From: Phallusia mammillata
Taxonomy: Eukaryota
Direction of reading: 5' to 3'
Assembly: GCA_965637545.1 (NCBI GenBank)
Contig: OZ281500.1
Span: forward strand, 21,328,001-21,392,000
Length of the DNA stretch: 64,000 bases
The notes under the pieces were generated by a model. That model was given only the letters and a program-made list of their open reading frames with translations, made no database searches and had not been told where the DNA came from. Position 1 is the first letter of the stretch. Each line of letters begins with the position of its first letter. This document shows positions 1 to 12,300 of this stretch, in pieces. A program made the translations under genes and the position numbers.

Positions 1-206
1 ATGTCGCTTTTTACGTCTATTTGGGCCGTTATTTTTATCATTAATGCTAAATAAACCACTTAAAAACACACATGAAAACTATCATGTGTGCAAAAAAAAG
101 TTTTGAACGAAACTTAAAAAAAATTGCCTGAAAAAGTAGATAAAGTTTATAGTATGTTTGACAGCACCGGCTTAAACAGTAAAATGTATAAACTAATCTT
201 TCTTGC

Positions 207-359
207 CTTTTTTTAACTTTGACATTTCTTGTAACACTGGAGTTTGATAAATATCAATTCTGTAATATTGAGCACCACCAACCGCCTCCCATCCAAGATA
301 AACTGATGAAGATTCGATTCTTTTCGGGTCGATATTGAAATCTCCAGGTTTGGCCAGTT
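207..359 (-). CDS. FN3 gene exon (FN3-7 first half); 3' boundary uncertain
   Basis: ccttctttgcatAG|AA CTG GCC. Encodes KLAKPGDFNIDPKRIESSSVYLGWEAVGGAQYYRIDIYQTP... No strong GT donor precedes the in-frame TAG. Candidates are AG|GCAAGA (GC donor, exon end 207), AA|GTTAAA (end 218) or CCA|GTGTTA. Confidence 0.75.
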
Positions 360-3300
360 CTATGCAAAGAAGGAATCATTCAATGTAATCAAGAATTAAA
401 AAAAAAAATAAAACTGCAAAAAACGCCAAGTGATAAAAAAATGGGTTATGCAGTAGTAGATAAATTTGTGAAACGTTTTTTTAGCAATCATATTACCGAA
501 TTTTCGAAAAATATTTTAGTGTAAATCAGTTAAAAATGTACTGATGATACACACAACCACATTGACCTTTGAACTGCACCCCATACCTCTCTTAAATCCC
601 CCCCAAAAAATGTTATTTTACATTCAAACATGGTGTTTATGAAAAAACGGGTACACGACAAAGGGAGCTTGTTCACTTACTTGTGTACTTCAGTATCACA
701 CTGGGATTACTTTGAGTTTGATTTGCTCCAGAAACGACCAGTATCTCATATCTTGTACCCGGTCTCATATTAGAGAGTGTAGCATGAGGTGTGGTGATGC
801 GACCTTGTCCTAATATTTTGCTAGGAGGTTGATTTTCACCTGGAAATAATTTGAAGCATTGTAACTGTTTCAATCATTGTTCTGAATTGCTTAAATACAA
901 CGAGTGCACAAGCTACGAAAAATAAATTATATTTTGAATTATTTTTTTGCTTTTGACAACATTTTCAAAGCGTTGAGCAACTTTTTGACCAAAAAATATA
1001 TAAACCAATAGACATAATAAAGACTTTATTCAACAATTTTTATTGAATCTTAGTTTAAATTGTTGCTTAAATTGTCCACCAATAAAACTTAAAATTACAA
1101 AAACTTTTGTGTGATATATTAGCCGTTAAGATCCGGGTAGCAAAGCTATAAAGAATCTTGCGGAACTAGTTTCACATAAAATCACATAATTGGAACATTA
1201 CCTTCTTCCACTGCATGTTGGACATCTTGGTAAGCCGTCTCGCATTGAAGCTTCAGACTTTCAACTTTTTTGTAGTCATACTGCCAATATTTTGCGTAAG
1301 GTTTGTATATATCCGGCATATACGTAGAGGACACTTTCGTACGTTCCTTTACTGTAATAAAATAAGTATTTATCAACGCTATCCGACAATATATTGTACA
1401 AAAACCAGAAAACACTGATCGTCTATATACTATTTCCTTATTCAAACAGAACCTGATGCAAAAACTGCAATGTATAATCTGTAAACTAAGTGTAAACGAT
1501 CGTTTTTTCACGATTTTAATCTGTAGGCATGGGAGCCCACTTGTTAAATTCCGCGGCGAGGCAAGGCTCCATAACCCAGTAAAGCCAAAAAAATACAATT
1601 TTATATAAATAGTTGTTCTAAAAAATTTCAGTTAAAATGGTTAAATTCTCTTGTGATATGAATTCGTTTTCGGTACATCGTACTTATGTTGGAAAACTTT
1701 AAAACAAAGTCAAGATAAAAGACTAAATACCGTAATAATAGTTTTTAACTTGGACATTTCAACTATTCCTGTCTCCCAGTTTTACACAAAAAAGCAAACT
1801 TTCGCAAACAAAAAAGAAATCTAATGCATTTTGCGTATTCCTAAAGTGTATGTCGCACATCAATTTTGCAAAACGTCCACAGGTGAACGTTATCACCCTA
1901 TACACATTTTTATGTTTAAAGTCTAATTCTACACAAAGCAAAACAACTTACCTGGGCCAACTGTTCTATCCGCCCCGCTACAGTCATACACAAGCAGTAG
2001 ATATGAGTTAGCGTGGGGAACAGGCAGCCATTTTACTTCCATAGCGTTGTGCTGAACATCTTCGTATGAAGCGGTCAAGTTCAAAGGCTTTGATAATCCT
2101 GAAATACCGAAAAATAGAAGTAAGTCAAAATTTGGGACTTGTTCAAACGTTTTAACAAAAACCGGTTCCAGGCAGGGACAACAAACCACAAAAATGGTGG
2201 AGCTGGCAGTTATAATTCAGCTCCAGACAGTGTACACCATTTTGATCTATGGTCTCATCAGTGCAGCTGGTGACAAGACCTTGGTTCTCTTGGCTAGTGT
2301 AGTCATCTAAACGCACTCCAGTATGTTGGGAGTAACAGGCTGAAATGCCTTGCCTCACAAATTCCGTTCGATGCCACAACTAGTCCTTAGAGGTCGATAC
2401 AGCGTGTCTGCAGCTTGCTTTTCATTATCGGCATGCCTTTTTAATGGTTTGGTATAGTAATTGTACACAGAATCGAGTTCACAGATGCCTTTCATGTAAC
2501 ATTCATGCAAGTCAAGTCACCCAACAGTCGATTTGAAAGCTAATTATCTCATATTCAAACTTTATCAATTATTATCGACCAGTGATGTTATGCTTGTTAG
2601 GGATGTGCCAAAACTGCAAATGTTCTGTTTGGTCGAGTACCGAGCATCTCACATTAATGCTCGGTGCTCGGCCGAGCACGCTCGGTGCATTATGACGTCA
2701 CAAAAAATCCCCTTTCTACGTTTTAGCTCTACAAGGTCTCTTACGTCATTGGCGGTGTTTTATTAAGCTGTACATGCCCATAAAGTACGCGTTTTTCCAC
2801 CATGCATTTGAAAATCATTCGTTTTTGATCATAGACACCCTTTAGAACACTAGTTGCGTATGTTAGCAGGGCACGAATATGCAAATTTAACGCTCGGGTC
2901 AGTTTGTGCAACTGCTCGGCCGAGCACCGAGTATCAAAAACAGCGATGCTCGGTACCGAGTACTCGGGTTCTGGCTCGGCTCAGCCTATCCCTAATGCTT
3001 GTGACATACGCTGTATGTATAAACTATTTTAGCATCGAAATAAACTAAAGCAAAACTGTTCCAAGTACAATCTAACCATCCAGTGTACAATGACACTAGG
3101 CCGAACAGAATCGACAGATTTGCCCAATTTTGTTTTGCCCAGAAATTTTACACCACTTTATTACGTAAATCAATTATACAGTGATCAACGCTACCGGCCC
3201 TGTAAGTTCAACTCACTTGTAAACTGGCGTACAGTGGCCGGCAAACTGGCCGTGTCAAAGACTTTATGGTTCTTCGCAATAACAGTAATAGTGTAGAACG

Positions 3301-6300
3301 TTCCGGGGGTAAGGTTGTCAATCTTGGTGTATTCCTCATCGATGGACCCTATTCCGGTGACCCCGGGGGTTGGGGGATCCACCGAAACGTCATACCACTC
3401 AACCCCGCTCTTGCGCTCCCAGCGGACAACTATCGATTGGTCTTGAACGAATTCCGGGTCAACATTGAGATAGATGATTTGTTTGAGTCCTGTGATATTG
3501 AACATAGAAGATTCGTTTAATAGCAACTCCAATTGCTCAAATTTGTCTTGCGATTAACCGGAAGATGCTATCGTTCGGCCTTTCTTCTCATGATTAGTGA
3601 TACAGTTTGGGATTCAGTAAGTAAAAAATTGCAATTTGCGCAAAAAGCAGTATGCAATAAAACGAAATTGGCAATTAACTGGTAAAAACTGGGAAATCTG
3701 AGCATCAAACAGCCTTGCGTAATACTTGTTTCTCAAATGAGTCGGCATAACCTTTAAGTGAGTGTTGTGATATTGCGACAGTTGGCGTTTTAGTCTTGGT
3801 AACAACGGCAACAACAATGTGTTCAAATTTCACACTTACTTGTGTACACAATTTCCACTCCAGGCAAACTAACAGTCTCGTTATTCTTTGCAATAATCTC
3901 CAACTGGTACTTTTTCGCATCCTTCAGGTGGTCGAGCAGATGGCTTGTACCGGTCACTTCATATTGCTAAGAATGGGTATTTACTAGTAACAAGCTTTGC
4001 ATGGGCATTTGTTGAAGCAGAGGTGCACAACTTATAAAGGTATACGCGCCATAAATTCCATATGTTCTAATCAAAGGCCACACAATTTACGACTAAATGC
4101 GTTTGTTTTGTGTAGAAAATATACGCCAAAAACCTTGTTCTAAAACAACAAAAGAACTGGGAAAATTATCTCAAAAGCGACATGATTCAACAAGTGTAAT
4201 TTTAGATGCAAAATAGTAAAGATTTTATGCGCGCTATTTTTAACCAATTGAGGGCCATATCGGATCTGTAGACTCCGTGTTGTGCACCCCTGATTTAGAG
4301 ATAAAAATTGGTGTATTTACGTTTTACATAGTTTTTGTAAGTATAATATTATGTAGCATGCTCTAAGACACAACGCGTGGTAATCGTAATTATCCACTCT
4401 TCAATCAATTAGAGAATTGATTGGAAATTTTGAGTTGGTTTTAATTGATTTAGTAAAGTTGCAATTTAAAATGAATCAACGGACATATTTGATGAATATT
4501 TCTAAACAGAAACTCATTACAATTTTCCGGCAAAGTTTTCGACCTCACTTTCAAACGACGAGGGCCAGAATTTTACAATGGTTTATTACGCGTGGAGCCA
4601 CCATACAAGTGGTAAAGGCCTTAAACCAATCAAAAACATGCGTAGTTTAAGAACAGGGGCGCACAACCTTTCCGCTTTAGCTGGCCACATAACAGATTTG
4701 TATTTCACCAGAACGGGCGCCAGCGCGTTTACCAATGCTAAATAAAAAGTATATCTATCAGTTGCAAGCTGACGTCTATACTTGGCCCTAATATACAAAG
4801 CCTGCACCTTCATAGACAAAATGCGTACCACTATCACATTCCAGTTAAAACAGCTCCATATTTAGTGTACGCTGGAACACTATATACGGATCTGTTCATA
4901 AGTTTAATGGTGAAAAAAGCGGCCCAAATAGCGTACGCTATTACATGAAATTATAGATTGGGTTCGTTCATAAAGATTGGGAACCATTGACTTTTAACTT
5001 TTAAATACAGTTTAATCGCTGAATCTGCACATTTTGCAGTATCCGTTCCGGCGTGTTTAATTTAATGTAAAATTAATAAGACCCTGTGAAGTTTAAAAGT
5101 TCCTATAGTAGGTCAAGTGTTTGCAGAAAGTCTTCAATTCTTGACTGTAACAACCACACCACAAAACATAACTACCACACTCGTCTAAACGAACAGCACA
5201 ATTTTGTGAAATTTATCAGATTGGTTGTGATAAATGGGATAAGTGTAGTTAGTCGTGGCAATGTGATAAACATCGCAACAAAATGCAATACATGCCAATA
5301 CTTTCACCCACCATTCTATACTTCTTTCCGTTCTCAACGTACTGCAAATCGTTTCAAATAAGTGTGATTTTCATGATAAACAATTCTAGTATATTTAGTA
5401 TCAGTGTAAAATGCAAATAGCAAAGAATGGATTTTAGATAGTTGTCTATATACCAGTCCAGACCAGTAACGGACTTATTGAGTTTCGAATAGTTGGTCAA
5501 TCTAGAACAACCAATTAGATTTCGGATATCGAATCCTATAGATTTCGGGAATCGAATTCTATGGATTTCGGGAATCGAATCCTATTGAATTTCGGGAATC
5601 GAATCCTATTGTATATCGGGTATCGAATCCTAGAGCTAAATAGTTAGTTAAGATTAAAAAAACATGTTACAGTTGCCACAACGAATCCTACTTTGTGCAA
5701 ACTAATAAAAATTTCGAATCTTTGCCTAAATCCAGAACAACAATTCTGGCATTATTGTCGAATTCTACATCTAGAACAGTTAACATAATTATGATAATGA
5801 TAAAAATTCCACATTTTTAAATCACCCTAAATGCCGAAAGCAAAAATAAATTTAGTTTACACAGCACAGCGATTTGTGCGCCAAAATACCCCGCGCAAAC
5901 CGTTTGTTACTTAACAACATAGCAAAAAAATCAGTCAACTGGTATAGATTGTTACTTTACATCACTACGCCGAGGCTATACATTACTAACCTTGACAATT
6001 TGACTATCTTGATAGTTCCGCAGTATAACGAGATATGAGAGAGCGCCAGGTACAGGATCCCACTGCGAAAATACGCTGTGGTCTGTTACATTGCTGATGC
6101 GAATGTCGGTTGTCTTTGGCAGTTCTGTAACAGAAAACAAGACCCGTTATTAACAACGAGAGTATGCGGCTGCATTATAACGATAAACCATAGTACACCA
6201 GGCCTATTGCTACACAGGCTCAGTGGTAAACCCGTGGAAAGTTGAGTCAAAAGCAAATATGACAGTGCGTGAAGTCCGAATCATCCAGTTTTATTTAAAC

Positions 6301-9300
6301 TCTGGTAAATCATCGGTTGTGTGCCTGCGTCTTTATTTAGATTTTGGACCGTTTTTAGTCCAGCCATAGTAGTAACTTTTTTTGCAAAACGGGCAGAAAC
6401 TCCATTTTAGTCTAATGCAGGGGTTCCCAACCTGTGGTACGCGTACCACTGGTGGTACGCGAAGGTTTTTCGGGTGGTACGCGAAAAGCTTCCCTTTTTA
6501 TAAACAAAAACCTGGATTCACAACTTTATCATTTATTTATTTGGTTTGTCGACCAATTGGTGGACAGTAAAAAATCAATTAGTTGTGGTGCTTTAGTGTT
6601 ATTTTAGCAGGCCAATATTATTATTCTGAATAAAATATGATTCGATCAAATTAGTTGTTCTGCAAGAAGTGGTACGCGTGGCAGTACAGAGCTTCCAAGT
6701 GGTCCGAGATCGTAAAAAGGTTGGGAACCAATGGTCTAATGCAGGGGTCGGCAACCTTTTGCACGCCGCGGGCCACATTCAAAATTAAATAGTAGTAGCG
6801 GGCCGCACTAATCTTCCACCTTTAGTTTCCTTTCCTTAACTGTTTTGTATGGTGTCAAAACTCACGAGTTTAGCGTTTTAAGATTTTGTTGCAGCATATG
6901 TTAACGAAAACACAAAACACGTTTATTGACAACTTTAATTAATGCGATATTTATTTAATGTTGTTTATTGCTTGAGAGTTTTCGAAGTTCAGGTTGGTGG
7001 GAAGATGAGGCTAATATCTTGAAGGTGTAAACCAGTTCCCAACCTTTCGTTGACCGTGGCCCCCTAAAAGTACCTTTTGGACCTCGTGCCCCCCTTCAAG
7101 TAACCCTGTATGACCTGTGGCCCTCTTAAAAACGGAAATGGCAATCTCATGTTGGAATTCGGTACTAATTTTGGCTTTAAACAGGTCGAATAGAACAAAT
7201 AAGAATCCGTAATCATAAAAAAACACAATGTAGACAAATAGTATGTGAAATATTCAATTAAATTAGGGAAGAAAGTTAAAAAGGAAATGGATTTTAGTGG
7301 GTGTTTCTGGTGGATCAACACCTGTGGCCCCCCGGAACACAGCTCTTGGCCCCCCTGGGGGGCCCTGGGCCCTGGGCCCTGGTTGGGAACCACTGGTGTA
7401 AACCAACAAATTTAGAAAAACTTGAATGCTTGGTGTAATTATGGCGCTTTATGTGAAATTACTTGTTTACAGCAACATAAACGTGGCAAATCCAAAACAC
7501 CGGTTTACCAAAATGGTAAACGAAAAGATACTTGTTTTCCCCTTCGCCATTAAAACCTCTGCACTCAGCATCAACTTTTCTACGTTTTGCCATGATTTTA
7601 ACTAAAATGTGACAAAGATTCGGATTGCCAACTAACGTAACACACCCTAAGTGAAATTTAACAGCACAATAATTGCTAGTTGCTTGGATTTACATCTGTG
7701 AGTTGTCTGTGATGTCAGACGCACGATTGTGACGTAACAAAAACATTTCATTACATTTAACCAAAGGCTATGTTTTATGTAAACTATTGGTAAATGGTAG
7801 CTTTGTTCTCACAGACTTTTTTCATGGGCAGCAACTTTTAAAAACGGCTGCGGGCCGGATAGTTTTGCTTGGCGGGCCGGATCCGGCCCGCGGGCCGTAG
7901 GTTGCCGACCCCTGGTCTAATGAATCGCGGGCTTTTTACATGAAATTTCCGTTATTCGGTATATAGGTCAAAACTATGTGTTAAACCGATTTCAATGCTA
8001 TGACTATCAGTAACTTCCTGACATTTTAGTATTAAACTAGTAAACGGAGGCTTTAGCCATTTAAGTAAGCCCAATGTGCTTAAAGCAAGTAAGGTTTTCA
8101 CACTTCTTAGTGTTAATTACTTGAATACAACGTCTTTTCCAGTAGAACGCTTGTGGAAATAAAGTTGAAGGCTTGCAGTTTGATCTGATATTTTTTCGCC
8201 GCTTCGAGACCCACAAAGTGAACAACCGTAGATGTAACGTTCCTCTCACCAACTTGCTGGTAAAAGAAACAACAAGTTAAAGATAATAAATTCACAACAC
8301 GTAAAACACAAATCAGCAAAAACCTTTGGTTCATGCATTCAGTTTTCACAAATTATGAAAATTAACAAAATTAATTGTGCAGTGTCTTCTTTTAAACTAA
8401 GATATTATGTAGTCTGCATTTTCTTGCTCAAAAATAATTGTTTATTGCTTACTGAACAACCGTACAATGTTTTGTTCCTGTTTCAAAGTTAAAAAATACA
8501 TACTTTTATGAACGTTTAATCTACACAACTTTAGTATGACAAAATCACAAAACTTTAAAAAATCAACACAAAAAAATACACATTTTGACAGTTACAAGCA
8601 ACAAACAAAAAACATAAAAAGTGCCTAATTAAAAAATAAACAATATTATACTTACAAAGCTGTCGCCCGACGCAGAAAACTCGTTGAGTGTTACGATAAA
8701 ATACATGGAACGTTCAGGTTGATTCCAGCTCACTTTCAGGAAAGAATCACTCACATTGCTCACCAGAAAATCACCCGGTTGTTCGAGCCCTGAGTACAAC
8801 AAAAAATATATAATAACTCGTTTGATTTTTAAGTCTTCGCGGCCTGTTACAATTGTATGACATTTTACGGTATTTATGCGACGTGAAAAATCTTGTGCAG
8901 TTACGCATTCCTATAGCAAAAGAAATTTCGTGTCACATTAATTGAACTGTGCAAACCAATTATGTAAAAGTAAAATATCTGGACCTTACTCAGCCCAACT
9001 CAAATTACAACTCTTATGTAACTTACGCGTTACAAATGACTTGGACGCAGCTTCTCCCTCCATTTTCCCATTCTTCGCTTTCACAGTAACAGTGTATCGG
9101 GATCCGGGCTCCAACTCTCCTATAAGCGTCCACTCTTCACCTGTTTCTTCCAGTCCAGTATAAAGAACGTGTGTTGGATCGATGCTGATCTAATTGAAGA
9201 ACGAAATATTGTGACGTCACCAGCTTACGTCACTGACAATCGTTTATTTCGCAACAGATAGCAATCTTAAACCGAACTTGAAAATCGTGTTTGTCAAATG

Positions 9301-12300
9301 TTTGTAATAATTTGGTATAATTTTTATTTTTTTAACCTGTAGTTTGTATTTTTAAATACTTAAGGCCAAATGGTGTTTACGAAAAAAGAGATGTATTTCT
9401 GAAAGTAACCCAATTTATTGAGCAGTGCTTTTCAATCCCTGCTGGGCAGCGACTTAAACATGGTTGATTTGGCTGACTCAATGCCGTAGTTAAAAAAGTC
9501 TTGGGTAACTAAGCACCTTTATTACATATTACTTTGACATTTCTGACTTACACGTGTTGCAGCCAAAAAATGTCACTTGAGGAATTTCTATGTTAAATCA
9601 CAACACTTACAACAGTTTCAAAAAAACATCTTATGTTTAAGTTAGACCGCAAGATATTAGTTTTGTTTTGTCTCAAAAACAATTTACCGCATATGTAAGA
9701 CCTTTAGGCGTCGGTTCCCAACTAACCAAAGCACCAGACGGAGTGATGTTTGCTGGAGGAATGACGATATTTCGTACCTTGCCTGGTACTGAATAAAATG
9801 CAAAGATACAAAAAATAATTAAAAAGCACTTTATTATATGTACAAGTTTTTGCCAATAAATATAATTGGATGTAAACTTCTGAGTTGTAAAGTGGCCCTA
9901 AATTGAGGCCCGAATAGTGAAAGTTGGTAGAAATACAACACAAATAAGTCTGAGTGTAATGTCAGGCCCAAATCAAGCCCGCTTTATTTCAACTTACGTA
10001 CGAATCCTTTACCCGAAAAACCAGAACCGACTTGCAACTGTGATATTATTTGAGAAAAAGTGCTTAAAGCCCACCTACATTCACAGAACACTAATAGGTG
10101 GGTTATACCTCGCAGGTAAAGAAACCCTGGACACGCAGGCGATTCTTTGCCCAACTTTTCCAAACAAAATGGCGAAGTAGAGACCTCGAAAAATTATAGA
10201 AATTAATCCAGCGACTAGTCTATTGATAGAACACTAATTTCACGATAAATTAATTCCAATCAACTATTCATGTCTTTGACGTCACAATGGCTTTAGGTAC
10301 GGTTTTAGCTGTAAAGGAAATTGAAATGAGATGATATCTTGGGACCTTAACGCGACCAAAACTCATTAAATATTGATCAGTTTTATCGAGTAATTGGAGT
10401 TTTCTTACCACCACTGCTCCCAGCACATTTCCATGTTCCAACACCTGTGAGTTTAAAAGCAAAATAGAATTAAATTTATTATTATGCACTGATGAGACCG
10501 TATAGGTCAAAAAAGTGTGCCCTTTCTGCGGCAAACTTTTCATTGGAATGGCTTATAATCAGGGTTGCCATCGACATCGACCTTTTAATACGGACAAGTG
10601 AAAAATAAATTTCATACGAAAAGAAACAAACGTTTTTGAACAAATCTTTGCATTTATGCGAGCCGTGACATATCAAATGCCTTATTTTTTGCCAGAAACA
10701 TTTTTTCCAGCAACTCTTGTTCATAGAAAATACTTAAAAGTCAAAAACAAGGACATTTATTGGGAAACAAGGACAATACATTTTTCTTAGACATTATTGT
10801 ACAAAAAAATTTTAGTCGGTATAATTTTCTGCAAATAAAATATTTTTTAGGTAGTGTGTTCTAACGACGTTTGAAATTTGTATGATGTTTGAGAATTTTT
10901 CGAATAATTAATTTTATTTTTTAGAAAGTGACATTTTAAAATATGGTTATGAAGTCATGTAATAAACACCTAATAATGAAACTAAAAATAAACGTATACT
11001 CCTGTTTTACAAATACCTTAGCTTAAAAGTTTTTAAGATTTGCTAAAAGTAAACCAAAAACACCATTTGATTGTGACCTAATAGGTGCTAAAAACTCATG
11101 CGTACTTTGCACCAATTAAAAACTAAGGCCCAATTTTTGGAGTCGACAAATTTTAGAAACTTTATTTAATTTGTTCGCTTTCAACGGCTAACCTGTGGTA
11201 AAGGTTATTTCTTTCGGTGTGCTGCAGCTATTTACATTGTGCGCTGTGACCTCTATGACGTAAGCCGTGTTGCTGTCAAGGTCACGCAAGGTGACTAACC
11301 CGGAAGTCAGGTTGCCCTCGCCACGAATACAATCCGATTTGGGGCTTTTGACCTCTACCAGGTATCTGAAAAACGACAAGTTCATAAAAAATATTTCTAG
11401 TTTTATTTAAATTAATTCATTTTTCAATCCTATTGTGAATTTAATCAAGTTTAGAAGCAGATTTTTGTCACTTTCGGGCGTAATTCGGGCCTTAAAAAAG
11501 TCTGCATCTTAATGTAGCACTTAACGAACGTTGAAGCAGAATCATGTGTTGTCTTTCAAAAGTGTATACATTGGGAATATGTGCATAAAAAATATCTTGC
11601 TTTAATGTGTTCAAAGTATTATAAGCACTCTACCGATCTGCTTCCATTACGTCACTCCATTTAACGATTGCTGACGTGGCCAAAATACTTTCCACCGAAT
11701 GCTCGCTAGGTGGCAGCAACACTGTAAACAAAAACAAGTTGGTTACTGTGATATTTTACACATTATGATTAAAAAGAACGCCACATTACTTAATGCAAAA
11801 TGGTGATAAAACAACCCGATGTCTGAATTGTGTTTATAAAAGGCTATACATGAATTTTGCTACAGAAGAAGTGAGCACAAAATTTTGCATTATTTTTCAA
11901 CGCTTATTATTCTGTGAGATCAACACTTAAAATATTCATAGTTTCTATTTGATCTATACTTATTCATAACCACAAAAGTAACCACAATTTTACAGCACTA
12001 AAACTGATAATGATGACGCATAAAAGCATTTTTTCAAAACATTTTGCCAAAACTTTTGATTGTTGTTCAAATCAACTTTAGTCGCAAGCGTGATTTTGAT
12101 TGTTTTGACCTCGAATTGACATTACCTTCGTCACATCCTTCCGCCGCCCGCCGATACCTCCCGAGCGCGTCATCCCACGTCACGTCGGTATCGTATACGT
12201 CATACTCGTCGAGGGGCTCCCCCGCAACACGCTGGATCACGTGATCATGTCTCCAGACGACAAGACCCGTCAATAGATAAGCTAACACCGCTATAGCACC

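Noticed and set aside
4586-4837. 83-aa minus-strand ORF inside the FN3-4 intron
   Set aside because: No FN3 features. The flanking phase-0 exons already join into a complete domain.
9998-10130. Additional exon candidates between the microexon and FN3-2 (77-nt, 40-nt and 18-nt options)
   Set aside because: Frame-incompatible lengths or poor pyrimidine tracts. FN3-2 is complete without them.
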